A stretch of 27,920 nucleotides of DNA, from the IMG/VR virus record IMGVR_UViG_3300045988_162894; one strand, 5' to 3'. Shown here one piece after another: positions 6,893 through 16,712 of the stretch. The notes under the pieces are model-generated. The model was given only the letters and a program-made list of their open reading frames with translations. It did not search any database and was not told where the DNA came from. The DNA is from a virus (Duplodnaviria > Heunggongvirae > Uroviricota > Caudoviricetes). The translations under genes and the position numbers were made by a program. The first letter of the stretch is position 1. Each line of letters opens with the position of its first letter.

Positions 6893-7823
6893 ATTAACCG
6901 GCTATGTATGGGATGGTTGCGCTGCATCAGGCATGAAATTATCCAGCGTGGCAATTATGGCCCGCCTGGCTGATTTCAGTAATGACGAAGGTGTGTGCTG
7001 GCCATCAATTGAAACCATTGCCCGTCAGATTGGCGCGGGAATGAGTACCGTCAGAACGGCTATCGCACGGCTGGAAGCAGAAGGCTGGTTAACGCGTAAG
7101 GCGCGTCGCCAGGGTAACCGCAATGCGTCGAATGTTTATCAGCTTAACGTTGCGAAGCTTCAGGCAGCGGCATTTTCTCAACTGTCAGATTCTGACCCGT
7201 CAAAATCTGACGCATCAAAATCTGACCCGTCAAAATTTGATGCGTCGAAATCTGGCAAAAAAGCGGGTTTTCACCCGTCAGAATCTGGCGGGGATCCGTC
7301 AGTAAAATCAAAACATGATCCGTCAGATAAAAAACCTTCTCGTCCGGACGCTTCGCAACCGGACACGCAGACGGATGAACAGGATTTTTTAACTCGCCAT
7401 CCTGATGCGGTTGTATTCAGCCCTAAAAAGCGCCAGTGGGGAACGCAGGATGATTTGACCTGCGCACAGTGGCTCTGGAAAAAAATCATCGCCCTGTACG
7501 AGCAAGCCGCCGAATGTGACGGCGAGGTGGTTCGTCCCAAAGAACCGAACTGGACAGCCTGGGCAAACGAAATTCGCCTGATGTGTGTGCAGGATGGTCG
7601 TACTCACAAACAAATCTGCGAGATGTACAGCCGCGTCAGCCGCGATCCGTTCTGGTGCCGTAACGTGCTCAGCCCGTCGAAGCTGCGGGAAAAATGGGAT
7701 GAGCTTTCCCTGCGCTTATCGCCGTCCGTCAGCACGTACACAGAAAAACGCGAAGACCCGTACTTCAAAGCCAGTTACGACAATGTGGACTACAGCCAGA
7801 TCCCGGCAGGATTCAGGGGGTGA
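6882..7823 (+). CDS. Lambda O-like replication initiation protein (N-terminal wHTH DNA-binding domain, iteron-containing linker, C-terminal domain)
   Basis: 313 aa, GAGGT RBS. N-terminal HTH region. Internal iterons encode the repeated linker SDPSKSDASKSDPSKFDASKSG, as in the lambda O/ori arrangement. Confidence 0.8.
   Translation: MSTKLTGYVWDGCAASGMKLSSVAIMARLADFSNDEGVCWPSIETIARQIGAGMSTVRTAIARLEAEGWLTRKARRQGNRNASNVYQLNVAKLQAAAFSQLSDSDPSKSDASKSDPSKFDASKSGKKAGFHPSESGGDPSVKSKHDPSDKKPSRPDASQPDTQTDEQDFLTRHPDAVVFSPKKRQWGTQDDLTCAQWLWKKIIALYEQAAECDGEVVRPKEPNWTAWANEIRLMCVQDGRTHKQICEMYSRVSRDPFWCRNVLSPSKLREKWDELSLRLSPSVSTYTEKREDPYFKASYDNVDYSQIPAGFRG
7185..7259. repeat. Origin iterons: five tandem 15-bp direct repeats (TCARAWTCTGAYSCR-like) inside the O-like gene, followed by further CCGTCAG motifs (7274-7326) and an A-rich tract
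   Basis: Repeat units read directly at 7185-7199, 7200-7214, 7215-7229, 7230-7244, 7245-7259. Confidence 0.75.
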
Positions 7824-7825
7824 GC

Positions 7826-8314
7826 ATGAGTCTTTTGAATGACGTTCAGAAATTCATTGAAGCCCATCCGGGCTGTACTTCCGGAGACATTGCGGATGCT
7901 TTTGCAGGTTACTCACGGCAGCGCGTTCTGCAGTCAGCAAGCAAGTTACGTCAGAGTGGGCGTGTGGCTCACCGTTGTGAAGGAGATACACGCAGACATT
8001 TCCCGCGCCTGACTGAGAGAGCGCAGGAACCGGAACCACAACCAGTTCGAGAAACCAGACCTGTGCGCAATTTCTATGTCGGCACTAACGATCCACGGGT
8101 GATTTTGTGCCTGACCCGCCAGGCTGAAGAACTGGAGTCCAGGGGCTTATACCGTCGTGCTGCAACCGTGTGGATGGCGGCATTCCGTGAAAGCCACTCC
8201 CAGCCAGAACGAAACAATTTTCTGGCGCGTCGTGAGCGGTGCTTACGGAAAAGCAGCAAGCGCGCTGCATCGGGTGAAGAGTGGTATCTGTCAGGGAATT
8301 ACGTGGGGGCTTAA
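7826..8314 (+). CDS. Hypothetical regulator, possibly PerC-family transcriptional activator-like
   Basis: The motif LESRGLYRRAATVWMAAF resembles the conserved core of PerC/Pch-type proteins as recalled. RBS GGGGG before ATG 7826. Family not verified. Confidence 0.4.
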   Translation: MSLLNDVQKFIEAHPGCTSGDIADAFAGYSRQRVLQSASKLRQSGRVAHRCEGDTRRHFPRLTERAQEPEPQPVRETRPVRNFYVGTNDPRVILCLTRQAEELESRGLYRRAATVWMAAFRESHSQPERNNFLARRERCLRKSSKRAASGEEWYLSGNYVGA

Positions 8315-8640
8315 TGACGACGTTAACTCAATGCCAGCAGCAGGTGCTGGATATGCTGATTTCTTATCAGAAAGAACGTGGCTTCCCGCCAACCAATCAG
8401 GAGGTGGCAACCATGCTGGGATACCGTTCGGTGAATGCAGCGGTGGAGCATCTTCGTGCGCTGGAGAAAAAAGGCGTCATCACGATAAAGCGTGGCGTGG
8501 CCCGGGGGATAACGCTTCATACCGCGGTGAAGGACGACGACAGCGAGGCGGTCGGGATTATCCGCGCACTGCTTGCCGGTGAGGAAAACGCAAAGCTGCG
8601 TGCAACCCACTGGTTACATGAGAGGGGCCTGAAAGTATGA
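8314..8640 (+). CDS. LexA N-terminal DNA-binding-domain-like protein lacking the S24 autopeptidase domain
   Basis: 108 aa. QCQQQVLDMLISYQKERGFPPTNQEVATMLGYRSVNAAVEHLRALEKKGVITIKRGVARGI parallels the LexA winged-HTH domain (ARQQEVFDLI...[36 protein letters not shown]). Start ATG overlaps the upstream stop (TAATG). Confidence 0.65.
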   Translation: MTTLTQCQQQVLDMLISYQKERGFPPTNQEVATMLGYRSVNAAVEHLRALEKKGVITIKRGVARGITLHTAVKDDDSEAVGIIRALLAGEENAKLRATHWLHERGLKV

Positions 8641-9026
8641 AGCTGATCCTGCCTTTTCCGCCCAGCGTGAACACGTACTGGCGACACCCCAACAAAGGGG
8701 CGTTTGCTGGTAAGAGCCTGATAAGCGCGGCGGGGCGAAAATTTCAGAGCGCGGCGTGTGCAGCAATAGTTGAGCAGTTACGTCGTCTGCCAAAACCAAC
8801 GTCGGCACCTGCTTCAGTGGAGATCGTGTTGTTTCCTCCGGATAACAGGATCCGCGATCTGGACAACTATAACAAGGCACTGTTTGACGCCCTGACACAC
8901 GCGGGTGTGTGGGAAGACGACAGCCAGGTGAAAAGAATGCTGGTGGAGTGGGGACCGGTTATCCCGAAAGGGAAGGTCGAGATCACTATCAGTAAGTATG
9001 AGAAACCGGCGGGTGCAGCCGCCTGA
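8637..9026 (+). CDS. rusA: RusA-family Holliday junction resolvase
   Basis: 129 aa. LPFPPSVNTYWRH...DLDNYNKALFDALTHAGVWEDDSQV matches the RusA catalytic core. Typical nin-region position. Confidence 0.85.
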   Translation: MKLILPFPPSVNTYWRHPNKGAFAGKSLISAAGRKFQSAACAAIVEQLRRLPKPTSAPASVEIVLFPPDNRIRDLDNYNKALFDALTHAGVWEDDSQVKRMLVEWGPVIPKGKVEITISKYEKPAGAAA

Positions 9027-9045
9027 TTAAGAGGAGAAACGAAGT

Positions 9046-9855
9046 ATGAATAATCTGATGGTCATTGATGGTATTGAAGTTCGTCGTGATGCTTATGGGC
9101 GTTACAGCCTGAACGATCTGCACAGGGCAGCCGGGGGAGAACAAAAAAACCGCCCGAAATACTGGCTCTCCAATAAGCAAACCTGTGAATTGATTGAACA
9201 ACTTTTCACCGAGGGTGGAATTACGCCTCTGGAACAAAATCAACCAGTTAGCGTCATTAATGGCGGAAATAACCAGGGGACGTATGTCTGCAAAGAACTG
9301 GTGTATGCCTATGCAATGTGGATCAGCCCGTCATTCCATCTGAAGGTGATCCGTACTTTCGATATGGTAACCAGCGCACCGGAAAAATTATCCGGGCAGG
9401 CTGCTGACAAGATGCAGGCTGGAGTGATTCTGCTGGACTTTATGCGCAGGGAGTTAAACCTGTCTAACTCTTCAGTGCTTGGTGCCTGTCAGAAACTCCA
9501 GGAGGCTGTTGGCTTACCGAATCTGGCACCGCGCTATGCCATTGATGCTCCTGCTGACGCGCCTGATGGCTCAAGTCGCCCTACGCTGTCGCTGAGTGCA
9601 CTGCTGAAACAGTATGGTATCCGCCTGACGGCTAATCAGGCATATCACCAGATGGTGAAACTGGGGATCGTCGAGCAGCGCGAACGATACAGTCGTACTG
9701 CGATTAACAACATCAAAAAATTCTGGTCGCTGACAGCGAAAGGTTGCATGTTCGGCAAGAACATCACCAGTCCCGCAAATCCGCGCGAGACGCAGCCGCA
9801 TTTCTTCGAATCCCGATTCCCTGAGCTGTTAAAGCTGCTCGATACCGTTCATTGA
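9046..9855 (+). CDS. KilA-N domain protein (antirepressor-like)
   Basis: The N-terminal 100 aa (GRYSLNDLH...KELVYAYAMWISPSFHLKV) fit the KilA-N domain. GAGGAG RBS. Confidence 0.65.
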   Translation: MNNLMVIDGIEVRRDAYGRYSLNDLHRAAGGEQKNRPKYWLSNKQTCELIEQLFTEGGITPLEQNQPVSVINGGNNQGTYVCKELVYAYAMWISPSFHLKVIRTFDMVTSAPEKLSGQAADKMQAGVILLDFMRRELNLSNSSVLGACQKLQEAVGLPNLAPRYAIDAPADAPDGSSRPTLSLSALLKQYGIRLTANQAYHQMVKLGIVEQRERYSRTAINNIKKFWSLTAKGCMFGKNITSPANPRETQPHFFESRFPELLKLLDTVH

Positions 9856-9856
9856 G

Positions 9857-10852
9857 GTGACCGTGAGAGCATTACTGACCCCTGAAATTGCCCCGCGTAT
9901 GGGGATCGTATTGTTCAGGCCAGGTTCAGAGCTGATGCCCCTGTTTATGCAGGGGCGTGTCCTGCTGGAGCCTGAGCCGGAACGTTATTCATCTTTCGCC
10001 AGTGGTGCCGTTCCGGCGGCATCACAACCGCTGGCGGATGATCCTGCCGTTCGGGCCGTGTTCCGCAATGAGGCAGTGATCCGTCGTGCTGGTGGCGTGG
10101 AATGTCTTGAAAGCTGGTTACTTCGTGAAAAAGGCTGCCAGTGGCCTCATTCCGATTGGCACAGCGAGAACATGACCACAATGCGACACGCGCCGGGCGC
10201 AATCCGTCTGTGCTGGCACTGCGATAACCAGCTGCGTGATCAGTTCACGGAACGGCTGGAATCAATGGCAACGGATAACTGTGCCCGCTGGGTGTTGTCT
10301 GTTGTGCGTCGGGATCTCGGTTTTGATGACAGTCACGTTGTGACAATGCCGGAACTGTGCTGGTGGCTGATTCGTAATGACCTGGCGGATGCCTTACCGG
10401 AAAGTGCAGCCCGTAAGGCACTGAGATTACCGAAGCCTGTTGTGCCGTCTGTCACCCGGGAAAGTGACCTTGTGCCTTCGGTTCCTGCCACCAGCATCAT
10501 CCAGGATAAGGCGAAAAATGTGCTGGCGCTGAAAGTGGATCCGGAGTCGCCGGAGTCTTTTATGTTACGCCCCAAACGTCGCCGCTGGGTTAATGAAAAG
10601 TACACGCGCTGGGTTAAGACGCAGCCGTGCGCATGTTGTGGAAAGCCAGCTGATGATCCCCACCACCTGATAGGCCACGGTCAGGGTGGAATGGGTACAA
10701 AAGCGCATGATCTCTTTGTGTTGCCTTTGTGCAGAAAGCATCACGACGAGCTGCATGCGGATACCGTGACATTTGAAGAGAAGTATGGCTCCCAACTGGA
10801 GCTGATATTTCGTTTTATCGATCGTGCGCTGGCAATTGGCGTACTGGCGTAA
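9857..10852 (+). CDS. DUF968-family phage protein (YdfU-like) with C-terminal HNH-like Cys/His motif
   Basis: 331 aa. C-terminal CACCGKPADDPHHL...HDLFVLPLCRKHHDELH. Sits immediately upstream of Q as in Qin. GTG start. Confidence 0.6.
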   Translation: MTVRALLTPEIAPRMGIVLFRPGSELMPLFMQGRVLLEPEPERYSSFASGAVPAASQPLADDPAVRAVFRNEAVIRRAGGVECLESWLLREKGCQWPHSDWHSENMTTMRHAPGAIRLCWHCDNQLRDQFTERLESMATDNCARWVLSVVRRDLGFDDSHVVTMPELCWWLIRNDLADALPESAARKALRLPKPVVPSVTRESDLVPSVPATSIIQDKAKNVLALKVDPESPESFMLRPKRRRWVNEKYTRWVKTQPCACCGKPADDPHHLIGHGQGGMGTKAHDLFVLPLCRKHHDELHADTVTFEEKYGSQLELIFRFIDRALAIGVLA

Positions 10853-10865
10853 GTGGAGAACGAGC

Positions 10866-11618
10866 ATGAACCTTGAAGCCTTACCAAAATATTACTCCCC
10901 AAAATCTCCAAAATTGAGTGATGCCGCACCGGCGACAGGCTCAGGTGGTTTAACGATTACGGATGTGATGGCTGCGCAGGGGATGGTGCAGTCGAAAGCA
11001 CCGCTTGGGTTTGCCTTATTCCTGGCAAAAGCTGGCGTTCAGGATCCTCAGTTTGCGATTGAAGGTCTGCTCAATTACGCGATGGCACTGGATAACCCGA
11101 CATTGAACAAATTGAGTGAAGAAATCCGGTTACAGATCATCCCTTACCTTGTGAGTTTTGCCTTTGCTGATTATTCCAGGTCTGCGGCAAGTAAGGCTCG
11201 CTGTGAGCCTTGTGCTGGTACTGGATTTCATAATGTATTGCGCGAAGTGGTGAAATACTCCAGAAGCGGGGAGTCTGTTATCAAGGAAGAGTGGGTGAAG
11301 GAACTATGTCAGCATTGTCATGGTAAGGGAGAAGTCAGCACAGCGTGCAGAGGGTGTAAGGGTAAAGGTATTGTCCTGGATGAAAAAAGGACCCGGCTTC
11401 ATGGCGCGCCTGTTTATAAGATTTGTGGGCGTTGCAATGGAAACCGGTTTAGTCGTTTACCAACGACACTGGCGCGGTGTCATGTCCAGAAGCTGGTACC
11501 AGACCTGACTGATTATCAGTGGTACAAAGGATATGCAGATGTCATTGATAAACTGGTTACAAAGTGCTGGCAGGAAGAAGCATATGCTGAGGTGCAATTA
11601 AGAAAAGTGACGAGATAA
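10866..11618 (+). CDS. Late-gene antitermination protein Q-like
   Basis: Zinc-binding Cys clusters (CEPCAGTG, CQHCHGKG, CRGCKGKG). Position directly upstream of a promoter-like element and terminator, then the lysis genes. Confidence 0.7.
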   Translation: MNLEALPKYYSPKSPKLSDAAPATGSGGLTITDVMAAQGMVQSKAPLGFALFLAKAGVQDPQFAIEGLLNYAMALDNPTLNKLSEEIRLQIIPYLVSFAFADYSRSAASKARCEPCAGTGFHNVLREVVKYSRSGESVIKEEWVKELCQHCHGKGEVSTACRGCKGKGIVLDEKRTRLHGAPVYKICGRCNGNRFSRLPTTLARCHVQKLVPDLTDYQWYKGYADVIDKLVTKCWQEEAYAEVQLRKVTR

Positions 11619-11649
11619 ATGATTTTCGCCGAAGATGGCGACGTAATGC

Positions 11650-11678
11650 TTGCATTTTTCAAAAAATATGGATAAAAT
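11650..11678 (+). promoter_or_regulatory. Candidate late promoter PR' (-35 TTGCAT 11650-11655, -10 TAAAAT 11673-11678)
   Basis: Hexamers with 17-bp spacing immediately downstream of Q and upstream of terminator 11724-11750, analogous to lambda PR'-6S-tR'. Confidence 0.4.
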
Positions 11679-11723
11679 TTTTTCAACGATGGGCTTTATA
11701 TACCCGACGTTAAGAAAAAGTAG

Positions 11724-11750
11724 AAAACCCGCTGATGAGCGGGTTTTTGT
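11724..11750 (+). terminator. Rho-independent terminator (tR'-like)
   Basis: AAAACCCGC-TGATGA-GCGGGTTTTT hairpin plus T-run. Confidence 0.7.
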
Positions 11751-12033
11751 GCTTTAAATAGGGTAATAGAGATGTTGAATCTCATTCCGGGATTCATGTT
11801 TGTTTACTTATTATTTATCGGGTGACTTTGCCTGATGTTTAAAATGTTTTCTTCCAGTACTATGTCCCTAGATACAATGAGTCTGCATATTACATTATTA
11901 GCAGAGCTATTACGGTCAAAGTACAGCATAAGCTTTTAAAGCCAATCAACCAGTCATCAAGACAGACGGGGTTATTCATGAAAACTCTCCATGTTTGATT
12001 CGATGGGGCCTGAAATTAAAGCTTTAATATAGC

Positions 12034-12246
12034 TCATGAAAGGTAAACATTGGCAGCTGAAGGGCCACGCAGACCATTTATCCGGCAAAATTCCACGCGT
12101 AATCCGGTGGTAATTTCTTCTGCATCGCGGAGATTGAGCGCTGAAACATGAAGCTGGACATCGATACGACCATCGGATGGGGTGATAAGACCCTTGCCGC
12201 TTTTGCCGTCAAAGGTTTTGACAATTCCTGTCATTTTACGGGACAA
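12034..12246 (-). CDS. cspF: Cold-shock-domain protein, CspF/CspH-like
   Basis: 70 aa [13 protein letters not shown]...[13 protein letters not shown]. Divergent partner of the cspB-like gene, as in Qin. CspF versus CspH not resolved from memory. Confidence 0.75.
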
Positions 12247-12546
12247 AAAAATTCCTTAATACTGATAACTGGGCGCACTATACACACGTTCCTGAAGAAA
12301 GCTATAGTTTTTTGATGGGGGTGAAGATGGCTGGATGTCTAAAATAAACATTGCTTCATATGTTCAACTATGCGTTAATGATTGCGTCGGTTTGAAGAAC
12401 AGACGATATACGAAGTAGTTTACTAAAGCAGTTCTCATTTCAGGTGTTATTCACTTATTCCTTCTTTGAGTCTCTCCAATTAAGTACGAAGTCGTTTCTG
12501 TTATACAAGCCATTTATGCCGAAAGGCTCAAGTTAAGGAATGTAGA

Positions 12547-12762
12547 ATGTCAAATAAAATGACTGGTTTAGTAAAATGGTTTAACGCTGATAAAGGTTTC
12601 GGCTTTATTTCTCCTGTTGATGGTAGTAAAGATGTGTTTGTGCATTTTTCTGCGATTCAGAATGATAATTTTCGAACCTTATTTGAAGGTCAAAAGGTTA
12701 CCTTCTCTGTAGAGAGTGGTGCTAAAGGTCCTGCAGCAGCAAATGTCATAATTACTGATTAA
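12547..12762 (+). CDS. cspB: Cold-shock protein CspB-like (CspA family)
   Basis: 71 aa [38 protein letters not shown]...; AAGGA RBS. Confidence 0.8.
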   Translation: MSNKMTGLVKWFNADKGFGFISPVDGSKDVFVHFSAIQNDNFRTLFEGQKVTFSVESGAKGPAAANVIITD

Positions 12763-13043
12763 AATTCATAGTTTGTCTGTATACGATAACGAAGAAGGCT
12801 GATGCCTGAGTGGAGATACAGACAGAGTGGTGAATATTGGATCTCTTTAATAAATAGTAAGGAGGTCCAATACATGAAACAATGGCCAGCATATTTGGCA
12901 ATAACTTAATCAGGAAAAGTATGCTAACCATTGTGGTGAAGTGCAGGTTTGCTGCATGAATAGTTTTACAGCAGAAGCTAACTGCTGGCATAGCAAAACA
13001 AAGTGCGTAAGTGGATGACTCCCACAAAAAGTACCACAATATT

Positions 13044-13066
13044 AAACCCGCTCAGGCGGGTTTTTT
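13044..13066 (+). terminator. Rho-independent terminator
   Basis: CCCGC-TCAG-GCGGG hairpin followed by TTTTTT. Confidence 0.6.
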
Positions 13067-13125
13067 ATTATCTGCTTTAAATATGTTATTAAAATATAAA
13101 AAATACTTGTTACGAATAAAATCAA

Positions 13126-13296
13126 TCAAGCTACAGCTTTAAGATTTGTCTGGAATACTTTGTTGCAATGAGGGCAGATCAAAAGGGTACCTTTTTGTAC
13201 TCTTGAAAAACTGTGTTCTGACTCTTGGGTGCAGTTTGGGCAGGAACATTTAACGAGATAATTACGGCGTGATTTTGAGTCTTTACGTTCTGACAT
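13126..13296 (-). CDS. Small zinc-ribbon protein (two CxxC pairs), function unknown
   Basis: 56 aa from ATG 13296 with AGGAA RBS. Contains CSCPNC...CPHC. Confidence 0.45.
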   Translation of the reverse strand: MSERKDSKSRRNYLVKCSCPNCTQESEHSFSRVQKGTLLICPHCNKVFQTNLKAVA

Positions 13297-13514
13297 AGGC
13301 TTTTCCTGTATAAATGGCCGTATACAGTACACTAAATATGAAAACATATCTCGTATTATTATTTAATATATGATTTTCTTTTAAAATAATTACCCACATT
13401 TTTAATGTGTCTGTTTTTTAGCGCCGTTGAGAACAACGTTTGCTATAAAAACTAACCCATAGACTCCGATCTTTTCAAACATATTGCACCATCTGTGTAC
13501 ATCGGGGTGAGGAT

Positions 13515-13730
13515 ATGAAATCAATGGATAAGTTAACAACAGGTATCGCCTATGGCACATCGGCTGGTAATGCTGGTTTCTGGGCATTGCAGTTACTCGA
13601 TAAAGTAACTCCGTCACAGTGGGCTGCAATCGGTGTGCTGGGTAGTCTGGTTTTTGGCCTGCTGACGTATCTGACAAACCTTTATTTCAAGATTAAAGAA
13701 GACAGGCGTAAGGTTGCGAGAAGAGAGTAA
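13515..13730 (+). CDS. Class II pinholin, phage 21 S21-like, with dual-start motif (M-K-S-M)
   Basis: 71 aa closely matching recalled S21 ([17 protein letters not shown]...[13 protein letters not shown]...[15 protein letters not shown]). GGTGAGG RBS. Confidence 0.85.
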   Translation: MKSMDKLTTGIAYGTSAGNAGFWALQLLDKVTPSQWAAIGVLGSLVFGLLTYLTNLYFKIKEDRRKVARRE

Positions 13731-13734
13731 TCCA

Positions 13735-14286
13735 ATGACACAAGACTATGAACTGGTTGTGAAAGGAGTCCGCAATTTTGAGAATAAAGTGGCGGTAACT
13801 GTAGCCTTACGGGACAAAAAACGCTTTGACGGTGAAATTTTTGACCTGGACATCTCGCTGGACCGTGTTGAAGGTGCCGCGCTTGAGTTTTATGAGGCAG
13901 CAGCGAGAAGGAGCATCAGACAGGTCTTCCTGGATGTTGCTGCCGGGTTATGTGAAGGGGATGAGCTGTCGCCGGAAAAGCGCCCCGTAATTTTAGAGGC
14001 GCAGAATGTGTGGATAACCTACAAAGGAAAGCTACCGGGAAGAATTACTGGTTCTCTGAAGACGCCACCGACGGCATTGCGGTCAGAAAAAGATGATATT
14101 GAATCGCCCATTGAAAAACTGGAGGGCAGCGTCGCTGATCTGAATAAAAAATTGTCGGTGCTGATCCCTTCTGAAGATGAAAAAAAACGCCGCGATGAGC
14201 AGTTTGCGGCGTTTTACGATTATTGCATTGAAGTTACTCGCAGGAATTTTGTGAAGATTTTTGAGGAGGGTAAATCTCTTCAGTAA
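13735..14286 (+). CDS. Hypothetical protein between holin and endolysin (possibly YdfR/DUF1327-like)
   Basis: 183-aa ORF from ATG 13735 inside the lysis cassette. No family recognised by eye. Confidence 0.5.
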   Translation: MTQDYELVVKGVRNFENKVAVTVALRDKKRFDGEIFDLDISLDRVEGAALEFYEAAARRSIRQVFLDVAAGLCEGDELSPEKRPVILEAQNVWITYKGKLPGRITGSLKTPPTALRSEKDDIESPIEKLEGSVADLNKKLSVLIPSEDEKKRRDEQFAAFYDYCIEVTRRNFVKIFEEGKSLQ

Positions 14287-14494
14287 GCTTAATGGCGGAC
14301 GCTGCAATTAATTCAGGAAGGTCCGCAAGGTCATCTGTCAGTGGATATGATGAAAAATCGGCGGCAGTTCTGTTAAGAAGCGCTTTAACTAATTCCTTTT
14401 CCTTCTCCGGCAACAAGTTGATTAGAGCTACGACTGCTTGCCTGAGTGCGATTAAATCAGCAAAAGTTTGTTTTGGTAGATTTGTGTAATCCAT
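14234..14494 (-). CDS. Hypothetical antisense ORF overlapping the 3' end of 13735-14286
   Basis: 87 aa, helical-looking. AGAGG RBS 5 nt before ATG 14494. Opposite to late-operon direction; low confidence. Confidence 0.25.
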   Translation of the reverse strand: MDYTNLPKQTFADLIALRQAVVALINLLPEKEKELVKALLNRTAADFSSYPLTDDLADLPELIAASAIKLTEEIYPPQKSSQNSCE

Positions 14495-14607
14495 AGTCAC
14501 CTCTGTGTTTATCAGATTGACATCCTCCTCCCGCCAGTGCCCATCACTGGTGAGGTAAGATTTAACATATCCGGGGATTTGAAGCCGATAAATCCTGATA
14601 AATATCC

Positions 14608-15635
<1,028 letters not shown>

Positions 15636-15997
15636 ATTAATATTAAATCGGATTGTTTTTAGCGCTGAATGTGAAATTTAAATAAAAAGGACTCTTCCAT
15701 GAGTCAAAATCCTTGAAATCTTAAGGGTAAGATAAAAGGTCATTAGACAGAATGACACGTTTTATTAATAAATAAAGCTATTGTTTCATTCGTGTGTTTT
15801 TCTTTACAAAAGTAATCCTTGCTATGGTTGGTTAATCATGCGTTAATGGTGTTCTGGTTTGTTACAAAATTATCTGAAGCAGTCATTGTTATAATTTTAT
15901 TATTTGTACCTCTTGAGATTTCCTTGTTGGTTTTTCTCTCTGATATTTTTTTTCGGACCATTCGCCCAAGGGCTAACTTCTTCAAAAGGTAATAATG

Positions 15998-16210
15998 ATG
16001 TCTAACAAAATGACTGGTTTAGTGAAATGGTTTAACCCTGAAAAAGGTTTTGGTTTCATCACGCCGAAAGATGGTAGCAAAGATGTGTTTGTCCATTTCT
16101 CAGTTATTCAGAGCAACGATTTCAAAACGTTAACTGAGAATCAGGAAGTCGAATTTGGTATTGAGAACGGACCTAAAGGCCCCGCGGCTGTTCATGTAGT
16201 GGCACTTTGA
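15998..16210 (+). CDS. cspI: Cold-shock protein CspI-like (CspA family)
   Basis: [35 protein letters not shown]...; long AT-rich 5' leader typical of csp genes. Confidence 0.8.
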   Translation: MSNKMTGLVKWFNPEKGFGFITPKDGSKDVFVHFSVIQSNDFKTLTENQEVEFGIENGPKGPAAVHVVAL

Positions 16211-16413
16211 GGTAGAAAATATTACAAACCATATTCACTTTAGATGCCCGTGTTGCCATGGTTCTCAGTATAGAACATCATCTTTTGATGTTTCTGACAG
16301 GAATCCTTTCGGGGCAAAATGTATCTTTTGTAAATCAATGATGATTACATTTGATAATATTTCACAATACTTAAATGTTAGCCGTCTGTCGTTAGATTTA
16401 AGAAAGTGAAAAT

Positions 16414-16437
16414 GAAGGCTCCTTCGGGAGCTTTTTT
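16414..16437 (+). terminator. Rho-independent terminator with UUCG tetraloop
   Basis: GCTCC-TTCG-GGAGC plus TTTTTT. Confidence 0.65.
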
Positions 16438-16481
16438 GCTTAGTGTCTAGTCGATGGATACTCACATATTACGGTAACATT

Positions 16482-16712
16482 ATGAAAAAAATAATAGTTT
16501 TTTTTAACTCTGAACCAGCAATGGTAGTGCCAGTGATGACCGGAGTTAACACCATCATGCGTGAATATCCAAATGGCGAAACAACACACCTCACTGTAAT
16601 GGCTGCAGGGTTTCCATCTCTGACCGGAGATCATAAAGTCATTTATGTAGCAGCGGATCGACATGTAACTTCAGAAGAAATTCTGGAAGCAGCAATGAGA
16701 CTCTTGAATTGA
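16482..16712 (+). CDS. Hypothetical small protein (76 aa), possibly Qin-type cargo
   Basis: ORF with weak translation signals. Position matches the small genes between cspI and gnsB in Qin-like prophages. Confidence 0.3.
   Translation: MKKIIVFFNSEPAMVVPVMTGVNTIMREYPNGETTHLTVMAAGFPSLTGDHKVIYVAADRHVTSEEILEAAMRLLN

Noticed and set aside
7123-7305. 60-aa ORF overlapping the iterons (MRRMFISLTLRSFRQRHF...)
   Set aside because: It is a translation artefact of the tandem repeats in an alternative frame within the O-like gene.
7185-7330. Tandem repeats considered as a CRISPR array
   Set aside because: The units are contiguous 15-bp direct repeats with no unique spacers, and they lie in-frame inside a replication initiator gene. 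This is the iteron pattern, not repeat-spacer architecture.
11620-12030. tRNA or toxin genes downstream of Q (as in Stx-type lambdoid phages)
   Set aside because: I scanned for T-loop-like GGTTCGA/GTTCGAATC motifs and cloverleaf-sized GC-rich blocks and found none. The region is AT-rich leader for the csp genes, and no long ORF is present.
12752-13039. Minus-strand 95-aa ORF after the cspB-like gene
   Set aside because: It has hydrophobic junk-like sequence, overlaps the cspB-like 3' end, and runs into a plus-strand terminator. Judged spurious.
16265-16465. Minus-strand 66-aa ORF downstream of the cspI-like gene
   Set aside because: It contains the plus-strand terminator hairpin (16414-16437) and has no RBS. 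Judged spurious.
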